DNA of 64,000 nucleotides from Candidatus Methanoperedenaceae archaeon (GCA_963753595.1 CAVWCX010000022.1:1-64000); one strand, 5' to 3'. Shown: positions 52,187 through 61,663, counted from the stretch's first letter. Translations and numbers: made by a program. The notes: generated from the sequence alone by a model not told the origin.

Positions 52187-52750
52187 ATGATAGAGATAGA
52201 AGTGAAGGCATCTGTTGAAGACCCAAAACAAATGGAAAGATCAATAATTGAATTGGGGGCTACTCCTATAGGTATAGAAGCGCAGGCAGATACATATTAT
52301 AATGCGCCATACCGTGATTTCGGGAAAACGGATGAGGCTTTGAGGATCAGGGTGCAGGATGGAAAATCCACTTTGACATATAAAGGGCCTAAAATGGATA
52401 AAGTTTCTAAAACAAGAAAAGAGGTGCAGACTGAAATAAAGGATTTAGATAACATGGGAAATATACTTTCATCTCTTGGTTTTTTTCCTGTTGCCACCGT
52501 ATCTAAGAAACGAAAAAACTTCAGGATCGGAGATTTTTATATTTCCCTGGATGAAGTACGAAACCTCGGGAATTTCATAGAAGTCGAGATAACGGTAAAA
52601 GATCCTAAGAATTACCAGGAAAAAGTTGAAAGCATTTTTAAATTCATCGCCAAATTAGGGATAAAGAGAGAATCAACAATTAGAACATCATATCTGGAAA
52701 TGATACTTGATCTGAATAAAGACAATATTTGTTCGTCTGTAGTAGAATAG
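52187..52750 (+). CDS. cyaB: Class IV adenylate cyclase/CYTH protein
   Basis: EIEVKA, LRIR, TYKGPK, SYLEM. Confidence 0.9.
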   Translation: MIEIEVKASVEDPKQMERSIIELGATPIGIEAQADTYYNAPYRDFGKTDEALRIRVQDGKSTLTYKGPKMDKVSKTRKEVQTEIKDLDNMGNILSSLGFFPVATVSKKRKNFRIGDFYISLDEVRNLGNFIEVEITVKDPKNYQEKVESIFKFIAKLGIKRESTIRTSYLEMILDLNKDNICSSVVE

Positions 52751-52782
52751 ATTTATATATTGAATCCTCTTTTTTAAGCAGT

Positions 52783-55614
52783 ATGAGCGTGTTCCGTTTA
52801 CTTGATCCACGGATACAGGAAGCCCTGGCAAAGCAGGGATTTACTTTCCCGACCGAGCCCCAGGTACAAACCATTCCCTTTGTGATGGCAGGTGAACATG
52901 TTCTTCTGATAGCGCCCACGGGTTCAGGGAAAACCGAATCGGTTGTTCTTCCGGTTTTTCACAGGATAATGCAAAATAAAGACGGGGAAAGAACAGAAGA
53001 AAAACGCGGGATTTCTGTCATTTACATAACGCCTCTACGCGCTCTTAACAGGGACATGCTGACCCGTCTTGAATGGTGGGGAAAGGAACTGGGATTAAAG
53101 GTTGCTGTGAGGCACGGGGATACGACCACATACGAGAGGCAGAAACAATCTTTAAAACCCCCGGATTTTCTGGTCACAACACCTGAAACTCTCCAGATAA
53201 TGCTTACCGGAAAGAGGCTCAGGAATAACCTCAAAACTGTTACGCATGTGATAATTGATGAAGTGCATGAGCTTGCTTCCTCAAAAAGAGGCGCACAGCT
53301 TTCAATTGCTCTTGAGCGGCTCGTGGAAGTCGCAGGTGAATTCCAGAGGCTTGGTCTTTCCGCAACTGTGGGAAAACCTGACCTGATCGCTCATTTTCTT
53401 GCAGGAACTGATCGGATAGCCCGGATTGTAGAAGTTTCACTTTTAAAGCGGCTTGAGTTCAATGTAGTATGTCCGAAACCCGCAAAGGAAGACCACGAAT
53501 CTTCCAGAAAACTGATGTGCACACCCGAGATGGCTTCGCATCTTCGGGTCATTTCCGGAATTGTGGAAAAACACAGATCAACTCTCATATTTGTAAATAC
53601 CAGGGAATCCGCTGAAATGCTTGGTTCAAGATTCAGGATGTTAGGGCTGTCAATCGGTGTGCATCATGGTTCTCTATCAAAAGAAACGCGCATAGAGGCT
53701 GAGACTAATTTTAAGAATGGGAGTCTGCGGGGGCTTATCTGCACATCCTCTATGGAACTTGGTATCGATATTGGCGATGTTGACAATGTTATACAATATA
53801 TGTCACCGCGTGAAGTTACCCGATTGATACAGAGAGTGGGAAGAGCGGGGCACTGGGTGGGCGAGAAGTCAAGCGGGACTATTATAACAACAGGTGCAGA
53901 CGATGCGGCTGAATCTTCTGCCATCACGCGCAGGGCAAAATCGGGCGAGATAGAAATAATCGAGATACATGAGAACAGCACGGACACACTTGCAAACCAG
54001 ATATGCGGCCTTGTGCTTGATTTTGGCCAGATTCCGGCTGAACGTATTTTTTCAATTGTGACAAGGGCATATCCTTTCCGGACGCTTAAGATCGAACTCC
54101 TGAAGGCGGTATTAAAACAGTTAGACGATACCCGGTTGATATGGTTCGAGAACGATATGGCCGGCAAAAAAATGAAGAGCTGGCAGTATTATTATGAAAA
54201 TCTCTCAATGATCCCTGATGAGAGGCGGTTTGAGATATTTGATATCGTTAGCGGCAGGACAGTGGGCGCCCTTGATGAGGCTTTTGTTGTTGATTTTGCA
54301 GAAGCTGGCGCGGTATTTATTGCAAAGGGTGAAATGTGGCGCATCATTGAAGTGATAAGTGAAAAGAGCAGGATCAAAGTCGAACCAATAAGCGATCCCG
54401 GAGCGGATGTCCCTAACTGGGTCGGGGAGGAGATACCTGTTCCTTATGCGGTTTCCCAGGAAGTTGGTGCGATCAGGAAGCGCCTGATGGAAAAAATCAA
54501 GAGCAAAGAAATTGATCAGGAAATAATCGAGGATTACAGGAAAGATTATCCAGCCGATCATGAGGCTGCAGAAGAGATCCTGGAATTGGTGAAGAAGCAG
54601 GTCAAAAAAGGTCTCACAGTGCCTTGTGATGATATCGTGGTCATAGAACAGGATGGAACGTCCATTATCATTAACATCTGCGGCGGGCACAAAGTGAACG
54701 AAACCCTGGGCCGTGTCCTGACATCGCTGCTTACCGCAAGGTTCGGGGCAAGTGTTGCGATGGAGATAGACCCGTACAGGATAAAACTTGAACTTCCAAA
54801 ATTATTCAATGCAGAAAAGATCAGGGAATTGCTGCTTACAATAAATCCGGACCATATTGAGCCCATCATCGAGATGACGCTTAAGAATTCGATGCTCCTT
54901 AAATGGAAAATGGTGCATGTTGCCCGCAAATTCGGGGCTATCAGCAGGGACGTGGATTATGAGCGGATAAGTATGAAAAAGCTGCTTGATGTTTTTGAAC
55001 GAACCCCAATGTATGATGAAGCGGTGCGCGAAATATTCCATGATAAGCTTGATATTGCCCGTTCCATAGATGTCCTGAAAGGTATCCAGGGCGGCAGCCT
55101 GAAGCTTGTTATCCAGCCCGTAAGCCCGATAGGTGAGGCGGGTTTCATGGGAGGGCGGGAATTGATGGCGCCTGAGAGGGCTGACAGTTCCATAATCATG
55201 GCCTTAAAGAGCAGGATAATGGAAGATAAGGTCATTCTTTTCTGCATTAACTGCAAGAAATGGCGCTCGACGAGAGTTGTAAAAAGCGTTCCTGAGCGCC
55301 CCGAATGTCCATTGTGCGGCAGCAGGATGATAGCGGCTCTTAAGCCCTGGGAAGAAGAGGAAATAAAGATCGCGAAAAAAAAAGAGAAGGACAAATCCGA
55401 AGAGGAAAGAAAAAGAACAGCGCGGGTTTTCAAGAACGCGAACCTTGTTCTCTCGCACGGGAAAACTGCGGCGATTGCTCTTGCTTCAAGGGGTATCGGG
55501 CCTGAGACCGCATCACGGGTCATCGGGAAGCTGAGGGAGGATGAGGAGGAGTTCTACAGGGATATTTTAATTGCGGAGAGGAATTATGCGAAGACGAAGA
55601 GGTTCTGGGAGTAG
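52783..55614 (+). CDS. lhr: Lhr-family SF2 helicase
   Basis: PTGSGKT, DEVH, LSAT, HHGSLS, ELGIDIG, QRVGRAGH, C-terminal Zn finger. Confidence 0.92.
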   Translation: MSVFRLLDPRIQEALAKQGFTFPTEPQVQTIPFVMAGEHVLLIAPTGSGKTESVVLPVFHRIMQNKDGERTEEKRGISVIYITPLRALNRDMLTRLEWWGKELGLKVAVRHGDTTTYERQKQSLKPPDFLVTTPETLQIMLTGKRLRNNLKTVTHVIIDEVHELASSKRGAQLSIALERLVEVAGEFQRLGLSATVGKPDLIAHFLAGTDRIARIVEVSLLKRLEFNVVCPKPAKEDHESSRKLMCTPEMASHLRVISGIVEKHRSTLIFVNTRESAEMLGSRFRMLGLSIGVHHGSLSKETRIEAETNFKNGSLRGLICTSSMELGIDIGDVDNVIQYMSPREVTRLIQRVGRAGHWVGEKSSGTIITTGADDAAESSAITRRAKSGEIEIIEIHENSTDTLANQICGLVLDFGQIPAERIFSIVTRAYPFRTLKIELLKAVLKQLDDTRLIWFENDMAGKKMKSWQYYYENLSMIPDERRFEIFDIVSGRTVGALDEAFVVDFAEAGAVFIAKGEMWRIIEVISEKSRIKVEPISDPGADVPNWVGEEIPVPYAVSQEVGAIRKRLMEKIKSKEIDQEIIEDYRKDYPADHEAAEEILELVKKQVKKGLTVPCDDIVVIEQDGTSIIINICGGHKVNETLGRVLTSLLTARFGASVAMEIDPYRIKLELPKLFNAEKIRELLLTINPDHIEPIIEMTLKNSMLLKWKMVHVARKFGAISRDVDYERISMKKLLDVFERTPMYDEAVREIFHDKLDIARSIDVLKGIQGGSLKLVIQPVSPIGEAGFMGGRELMAPERADSSIIMALKSRIMEDKVILFCINCKKWRSTRVVKSVPERPECPLCGSRMIAALKPWEEEEIKIAKKKEKDKSEEERKRTARVFKNANLVLSHGKTAAIALASRGIGPETASRVIGKLREDEEEFYRDILIAERNYAKTKRFWE

Positions 55615-55680
55615 AATAATATAAGAAACAGGAAGGCCATAAATTACCATTATTGCTCATCGATCCTGTTTATGGTTTAA

Positions 55681-56607
55681 CTATTCTTCAAAATAATCAT
55701 TGTCGATGTTTTTAATTTCATAAGTGGCAGACGTTGAGACACCAATGTTATACTTAATCATAAGGTTAGCTAACTGATGACCATCGATTAATACGATTTT
55801 GTGATCTATTGTTTTAACATATTCTCTGGCGCCCTCAGAAAAAGTGGAAGTCGTTATAAATATCCCTTTTTTTATTCCTCTTTTATTCAGCAGAGCTCCC
55901 GCAAAATCCCTTAGTGCAGGTTCTTGAATTGATGATTCATATTTTTTTGCCTGAATGTAAATAGCATCCAATCCCAACATATCCTGCCTAATTATGCCAT
56001 CTATACCGCCATCTCCACTTTTTCCAGTGTGTAGTATAGCATCTTCTGTATCGGCTCCATATCCCATTTTGGATAATACTTCCAAGACAAGTTTTTCAAA
56101 AAATACGGGCTCTCGTTTCTTAATTGAATTTAATAAATCCTCAGCTAAATTAGTCCTCAAAACATTGATAAGAGTATCAATAGTTTCATGAGGTGTTTTT
56201 TCATCTATATTTCTTAATGACTCCTTTTCAGGTATTATCTCCATTTCCGATTGTTCAGTTCTTCTTATAGCCCTAAAATCTCTAAACTCTTTAAATTTAT
56301 CAAGATATTTGACATTAATTAATTTTGGGTCTGCTTTTAGTTCGATTAATCCTCGTTCGGTAATTTTGAAATAAGATCTTCTGGTAGATTCTAAAAGTAT
56401 TGCTTTTTTCAGGTAAGTTAAAGCCCAAGCTGTTCTGTTACTAATAATCGCTTGTTTTCCACTGCTTAATAATTTTCTTTTTTCATAATCAGATAAATTA
56501 TAAATTTTTGATATGTGTTCTGTGGCTTCAGGTAATGAGTGTTCTGCTTTGTCAGATGAAAACTTCAACAGTGGAAGCATTATACTTTGAAAATCTGGAA
56601 TTGCCAT
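55681..56607 (-). CDS. mrr: Mrr type IV restriction endonuclease
   Basis: MAIPDFQSIMLPLL, FFEKLV, DGGIDG, IQAK, LIDG. Confidence 0.93.
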   Translation of the reverse strand: MAIPDFQSIMLPLLKFSSDKAEHSLPEATEHISKIYNLSDYEKRKLLSSGKQAIISNRTAWALTYLKKAILLESTRRSYFKITERGLIELKADPKLINVKYLDKFKEFRDFRAIRRTEQSEMEIIPEKESLRNIDEKTPHETIDTLINVLRTNLAEDLLNSIKKREPVFFEKLVLEVLSKMGYGADTEDAILHTGKSGDGGIDGIIRQDMLGLDAIYIQAKKYESSIQEPALRDFAGALLNKRGIKKGIFITTSTFSEGAREYVKTIDHKIVLIDGHQLANLMIKYNIGVSTSATYEIKNIDNDYFEE

Positions 56608-56686
56608 ATAACACAGTATAAATTCGATTCAGAATATAAACCTATCTTTTAAAGTTGACCTTTAAATGAAAATATTAAAGATACTT

Positions 56687-56896
56687 AGCTTCGCGTTATT
56701 TAATGCGATTTTCACCGCAAAGAGCGCAAAGCTGGGGCGCCTTTTGATGTTGGGGTCATGCGCTGCAGATGGATTTCGCATCTGCGTCCATCTGCGGTTC
56801 CATATTTCCGAAATAGTTCATTGATGCTGAAATATCGGCACCGATAATTAAATAATATAAGTAAAATAAATATTGGGCGCAGGACAGGAGGAATGA
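56687..56896 (+). repeat. ~210-bp direct repeat, copy A
   Basis: Alignable along its length with 57942-58160 (e.g. CGCAAAGCTGGGGCGCCTTTTGATG identical). Confidence 0.9.
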
Positions 56897-57004
56897 GGAG
56901 CAGAAAGACCTTTTTAAAAATCACTTTCACACCGCTATGCTAATCCTTTTAGACTCCAAAGACATCTTAACAAAACAAGAAAAATACCTACAAGAGATAT
57001 AAAC

Positions 57005-57859
57005 ATGAATTCAAAGGATGCACTTGTTGTTTTTGAGGGAACCAAAATACGGCGAACATGGAACAACAACGAATGGTGGTTCGTATTAGAGGATATAGTA
57101 TATTTTTTAACCGATTCCAGCGACCCCAAACAGTATATTCAAAAGATGAAACAAAGAGATGAACCCCTGGCAAAAGGGTGGGTACAAATTGTACATACCC
57201 TTACAGTAGATACTCCGGGAGGGATGCAAAAAATGAATTGCGTGAATACAGAAGGAGCATTCAGGATATTACAATCCATTCCATCCCACAAAGCCGAACC
57301 TTTTAAATTATGGCTCGCAAAAGTTGGGTATGAACGTGTGCAGGAGATAGAAGACCCGGAACTGGCACAAAAAAGGATGAAGGATATCTATAAATTGAAA
57401 GGCTACTCCGAGGAATGGATCGAGAAAAGAGCAAGGGGGATCGCGATAAGGGATGAACTGACTGACGAATGGGATAAAAGAGGCGCAAAATCCAGACAGG
57501 ATTACTCTATTTTGACTGCTGAGATATCAAGAGCTACTTTTGGATTGACACCCGCCGAATATAAACGATTAAAAGGATTGAAGACAGAAAATTTAAGAGA
57601 CCACATGGATGATATTGAATTGATACTCACAATGCTTGGCGAGGCTACTACTACACGATTTACACGCGACAGGGATTCACAGGAGTTCCCTGAATTGCGA
57701 AATGATGCAAAAGATGGCGGGGATGTAGCGGGAGCGACACGAAAAGATATTGAAGGAAAATTGGGAAAAAGCGTGGTTTCAAGCGATAATTATCTCGAAG
57801 CGCCGGAAAAGACAAAAAGAATAGGAAGAAAGAAGAAAAACATGGAATTGGGATTATGA
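57005..57859 (+). CDS. Bro-N domain protein (antirepressor-like)
   Basis: IRRTW..EWWF, QSIPSHKAEPFKLWLA, NLRDHM. Confidence 0.88.
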   Translation: MNSKDALVVFEGTKIRRTWNNNEWWFVLEDIVYFLTDSSDPKQYIQKMKQRDEPLAKGWVQIVHTLTVDTPGGMQKMNCVNTEGAFRILQSIPSHKAEPFKLWLAKVGYERVQEIEDPELAQKRMKDIYKLKGYSEEWIEKRARGIAIRDELTDEWDKRGAKSRQDYSILTAEISRATFGLTPAEYKRLKGLKTENLRDHMDDIELILTMLGEATTTRFTRDRDSQEFPELRNDAKDGGDVAGATRKDIEGKLGKSVVSSDNYLEAPEKTKRIGRKKKNMELGL

Positions 57860-57941
57860 AGATTGCCCCCCTCAGTTCGAAAATTTGCGGTTGACTTGAA
57901 ACGGCTAATTTGCAGGCAAATATGGTATTAAACTGCGGCTG

Positions 57942-58160
57942 AGCTTTGCGTTATTTAAAGCGATTTTCTATGCAAAGTCCGCAAAGCTGGGGCGCCTTTT
58001 GATGCTGGGGTCATGCGTTGCAAAGGGATTTCGCATCCGCGTTTACCTGCGTCCATCTGCGGTTCTAAATTTTCAAAACCATTCATTGATACTGAAATAT
58101 CGGCGCCGATAATTAAGTAATATAAGTATAATAACTATTTGGAGCAGGAAAGATGAATGA
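57942..58160 (+). repeat. ~210-bp direct repeat, copy B
   Basis: Matches 56687-56896 with one extra CTGCGT-type unit. Confidence 0.9.
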
Positions 58161-58185
58161 TTTACACCTTAATTCAAAAATCAAC

Positions 58186-58226
58186 TGTGCTGAAATATTC
58201 AGATACCCCTTTCAAATCCTTCATTA
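58186..58226. repeat. Remnant copy of the sequence downstream of pyrK
   Basis: TGTGCTGAAATATTCAGATACCCCTTTCA vs TGTGCTGAAATCTTCAGATGTCCCCCCTTTCA at 60858. Confidence 0.7.
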
Positions 58227-58279
58227 AACATGTGATAGAATAACTATTTGCGTATTCAATCACAATCTTTTTAATAAAT

Positions 58280-58585
58280 ATGGGCGCTACAATAACAACT
58301 CGTGTCCCCGATGACATCGAGAAAATAATCGAAAACATCTCGCGCATTGAGCATCTCGATAAATCTACAGTTGTCCGCAGGCTACTGACTAAAGCAGTAA
58401 AGGAATGGCTGATAGAAAATGCACTGGAGCAGTACAGGGATGGGAAAATAACGATCGGCAAGGCGGCAGACATGGTTGACATTCCTATTCGTGAGATGAT
58501 AGCTATCGCCGCAAAGAAGGGAATACAATTCCAGTACAGCCTCGATGACCTCCAGGAAGATTTTCATGCGTCTCAAATACTATGA
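58280..58585 (+). CDS. UPF0175 family antitoxin-like protein
   Basis: DKSTVVRRLL, YRDGKITIGKAA, DDLQED. Confidence 0.85.
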   Translation: MGATITTRVPDDIEKIIENISRIEHLDKSTVVRRLLTKAVKEWLIENALEQYRDGKITIGKAADMVDIPIREMIAIAAKKGIQFQYSLDDLQEDFHASQIL

Positions 58586-58599
58586 TTGTAAGCAAAAAC

Positions 58600-58676
58600 T
58601 GTGCTGAAATATTCAGATGGCATTTCAGATCATTCATCTGCACTTCTTTTTCTCTTAAACTCTTTCTCCCATCATT
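58600..58676. repeat. Diverged copy of pyrK stop region and downstream sequence
   Basis: TGTGCTGAAATATTCAGATG...ATCTGCACTTCTT.TTCTCTTAAAC matches 60858-60935. Confidence 0.8.
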
Positions 58677-58727
58677 TGATGTCACGATGGAAGCTGACGG
58701 TTGAAGAGATTGGAGAAGCGGACTATC

Positions 58728-59483
58728 TCACCTGATAAACTCTTCAATAATTTCATTCAATTCTTTGGGTTTATCAATCATGACTATGTGCTTACTTTGC
58801 GGTATGATTTTCAATTTTGAGCCTTCAATCTCTCTATTTAGATACTGGCTCATTTCTATAGGTGTTGATTTATCATTTTCACCAACGATAATTATTGTCG
58901 GTATTTTTATTTCGGAAACTCTATCTCTGATATCGTAGTTTTTTGACTCTTTTAAACACTCATATGCCACAGGCTTTGGGGTTTTGATAGCCCTGTTGAA
59001 TGCTTCCTTTCTTATTTGTTCTGTAGGTTGAGAAAAGTTGTGGTTAATACCTATCTGTATGAATGATTCATAAGAGAAAATATGCATCATAATCCATAAA
59101 GAGAGACGCATTGAAAGGGACTGTTTTGCAGTAGTACCAACTAAAACCAGCTTAGAGACTTTATCAGGATGATTTAATGCAAATGTGAGAGCTGTCATGC
59201 CTCCCATCGCATGACCAACGAGTGTAACTTTTTTAAGATCGAGTCCTTGTATAAGAGAGTACAGGTCATTCGATAATGTTTCAACTGAATAATTGGCTTT
59301 TGGTTTATCTGATTTGCCATGCCCTCTATGGTCGTATGCGATCACTTTATACTTTTTAAAAAAAAACTCAATTTGAGAGTTCCATACCGGGCATTCACCC
59401 ATCCATCCATGAGAAAAAATAATCGGTTCGCCCTCACCGTGCACTTCATAATATAATTCTATGTCATCCACCTTAATCTTCAT
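58728..59483 (-). CDS. Alpha/beta hydrolase fold protein with Ala at the nucleophile position
   Basis: HGW, DHRGHGKS, GHAMGG, GEND, KH. Confidence 0.88.
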   Translation of the reverse strand: MKIKVDDIELYYEVHGEGEPIIFSHGWMGECPVWNSQIEFFFKKYKVIAYDHRGHGKSDKPKANYSVETLSNDLYSLIQGLDLKKVTLVGHAMGGMTALTFALNHPDKVSKLVLVGTTAKQSLSMRLSLWIMMHIFSYESFIQIGINHNFSQPTEQIRKEAFNRAIKTPKPVAYECLKESKNYDIRDRVSEIKIPTIIIVGENDKSTPIEMSQYLNREIEGSKLKIIPQSKHIVMIDKPKELNEIIEEFIR

Positions 59484-59631
59484 GTAAATTCACTCCAATA
59501 TCAATGGAAATAGTTGTAATATAAAACTTTGTACACTTTCATTTTTCCAAATAATCCATATTCGGATGTATGCAGGACTTTCTTTGAGGGGCCAAATGTC
59601 CACCTTTGTTCTAAATTTGAAGGGTAGTACC

Positions 59632-59745
59632 TATTCTCTTAAACCTTCACCCTCTCCCCTCATTCATTCCTTTGTAAATCCCAAACTCTGATTTCTTTAA
59701 AAACTCCCCTTCAAACACAGGCCCATCCTTGCATGTACTGGCAAG
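59632..59745 (-). pseudogene. Diverged duplicate of the last ~33 codons of pyrK
   Basis: Encodes CKDGPVFEGEFLKKSEFGIY vs native CKDGPVFGGEVLKRSEFGIY. Confidence 0.9.
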
Positions 59746-59846
59746 ACTGCCCCATCACAGCCAGTACCACAAAAATGGTTGAAAAGGAAAACATTCGTTT
59801 CACATCTCGTAAACTATAAATAACAGTTGTAAACTAAATATAACAG

Positions 59847-60377
59847 ATGTTAACTGAAAATAACAAGGTCAAAATCCTCAGACTTTTTTTTGAGGGGCCA
59901 AATGTTCGCCTTTATTTAAGGGAAGTGGCGCGAAGAGCCGAACTTTCAGCAACAGGCGCAATGAAGATACTTGGCGCACTTGAGAAAGAAGGACTATTAG
60001 AGAAAGAGCGTACTGCGCTCACGGTAAATTATCGCGGGAATTATGACAATGAAAGTTTTATGGCTTTGAAAAGGTCACTTAACCTTTATTCTCTATATTC
60101 CTGTGGGCTGGTCTCGTCATTAGTAGAATTTTACAAGATCCTTGAGTGCATAATTCTTTTTGGAAGTTACGCAAAGGGTGAAGATACAAACGAAAGTGAT
60201 ATAGATATTGCAGTTCTGACAAGTCTGAAAGACTATCCAGGGCTTGATATCTATGAAGGCTGTCTGAAGAGGAAAATAAGCTTGCATCTCATTGAAAATA
60301 TAAAAAATGAAAACCAGGAATTTATCAATAGCCTTGCAAATGGTATAGTGATTTATGGTTATTTCGAAGTGGTATAA
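59847..60377 (+). CDS. HTH plus minimal nucleotidyltransferase (MNT/MntA-like antitoxin)
   Basis: LREVARR HTH, LFGSYAKG, SDIDIAV. Confidence 0.88.
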   Translation: MLTENNKVKILRLFFEGPNVRLYLREVARRAELSATGAMKILGALEKEGLLEKERTALTVNYRGNYDNESFMALKRSLNLYSLYSCGLVSSLVEFYKILECIILFGSYAKGEDTNESDIDIAVLTSLKDYPGLDIYEGCLKRKISLHLIENIKNENQEFINSLANGIVIYGYFEVV

Positions 60378-60443
60378 TTGAAACCTTTTAAGTTTTATAT
60401 CGAATCTGGCCTTGTGAGTACAAATAGAAACCAATCGAAGTGA
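60378..60443 (+). pseudogene. 5' stub of the gene coupled to MNT (probable HEPN toxin)
   Basis: TTG directly after the MNT stop: MKPFKFYIESGLV, then early stop. Confidence 0.45.
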
Positions 60444-60499
60444 ACATATAGAGGTTTATAATGCTGATGGTGAATCAGATGTGGCCAGAATGGCAACTT

Positions 60500-60583
60500 C
60501 TAAGGCTTCCATATTTTGAGAAAATCCACCCTCTCAAAATCGCCATCGTTGGTCGCAATATTTTCAATTCCGCAAACCTTGCA
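60500..60583 (-). pseudogene. C-terminal remnant of PIN/VapC toxin
   Basis: CKVCGIENIATNDGDFERVDFLKIWKP* is a typical PIN C-terminus; no start or N-terminal part. Confidence 0.75.
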
Positions 60584-60589
60584 ACCCCA

Positions 60590-60820
60590 TCAAACCAGCT
60601 CTTCTATATCTTTTTCTGCAATCTCCAGAACGATATCTTCAGGAACATCTATTTTGGTTTTAACGATTGGCTCTTTTTTCAGTTTTACTAATATCTCTTT
60701 TTCATTAGATTTTAAAGGCCTATTAAGCAAGAGCGTTCTTTTATCAAGCATTGTTCCATATATCTGTGCAGACATTTCTACCTCTTGTGAGAGTTTTAGA
60801 CTCTCAACCAATATATACAT
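60590..60820 (-). CDS. Small antitoxin-like protein (probable start MSAQIYG)
   Basis: Beta-rich N-terminus and acidic tail; directly upstream of the PIN remnant. Confidence 0.55.
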   Translation of the reverse strand: MYILVESLKLSQEVEMSAQIYGTMLDKRTLLLNRPLKSNEKEILVKLKKEPIVKTKIDVPEDIVLEIAEKDIEELV

Positions 60821-60916
60821 TTTCCAAGTAACTTCAGGAGTATAGAATAGAACATGATGTGCTGAAATCTTCAGATGTCCCCCCTTTCATATAATTAATC
60901 TGCACTTCTTATTCTC

Positions 60917-61663
60917 TTAAACCCTCACCCTCTCCCCGCACTCATTTCTCCTGTAAATCCCGAACTCTGATCTCTTTAAAACCTCCCCTCCGAACACAGG
61001 TCCGTCCTTGCATACGCGCAGGCCATCCACACAGCACGCACCGCAAATCCCGAGGCCGCATTTGATGTAGCGGTGAAGGCTGAATTGTGCTTTTTCAGGC
61101 TCCACTTTATCAAGGACTTTTTTCATCATGATTTCAGGACCACAGCAATATATCTGGTCATAGTTTTCCTGCTCCGGTATCAATTGGGTCACATATCCGT
61201 ATTTTCCAACGGATCCGTCATCTGTTGCGACCATCATGGATCCTGCGGCTTCAAAGCGTTCCCTGAATACCAGTTCTTCCTTTGTTTTTGCTCCAAGAAG
61301 CGTTGTGACTTTTAGTCCCTCTGAACTTGCTTTTTCAGCAAGAGGCGAAAGCGGAGCTGCCCCGACCCCGCCTGCTATCAGCAATATATTCTTTCCCTTT
61401 AATTCAAAGCCGTTCCCGAAAGGTCCGCGGATGCCAATTGAGTCGCCTTCTCCAAGTTCGAACAATGCTGATGTCGCAGCCCCTACCTCCTGGACTGTGA
61501 TAGCATTATCATAGGAGAGCGCCATCGGGATCTCATCCACGCCGCGTATCCAGGCCATCACGAACTGACCCGGTCCTGGTTTAAAAGAGGTATCAAAGAA
61601 GAAAGTCCTTATCGTTGGCGTTTCTTCCACTACCTTTGTTATTATGGCATTTGCAGGTTTCAT
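60917..61663 (-). CDS. pyrK: Dihydroorotate dehydrogenase electron transfer subunit
   Basis: PGQFVM, GPFGNGF, CGPE, CGLGICGAC, CKDGPVF. Confidence 0.95.
   Translation of the reverse strand: MKPANAIITKVVEETPTIRTFFFDTSFKPGPGQFVMAWIRGVDEIPMALSYDNAITVQEVGAATSALFELGEGDSIGIRGPFGNGFELKGKNILLIAGGVGAAPLSPLAEKASSEGLKVTTLLGAKTKEELVFRERFEAAGSMMVATDDGSVGKYGYVTQLIPEQENYDQIYCCGPEIMMKKVLDKVEPEKAQFSLHRYIKCGLGICGACCVDGLRVCKDGPVFGGEVLKRSEFGIYRRNECGERVRV

Noticed and set aside
52100-52187. Replication origin beside mcm
   Set aside because: Short intergenic region, no cdc6/orc1 and no ORB-like repeats visible.
55681-60820. Prophage or integrative element suggested by Bro-N
   Set aside because: No integrase, replication, capsid or terminase genes; only small cassettes.
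59632-61040. pyrK tail duplicate as a DGR template/variable repeat pair
   Set aside because: No reverse transcriptase in the window, and the mismatches are not adenine-specific; several are synonymous.
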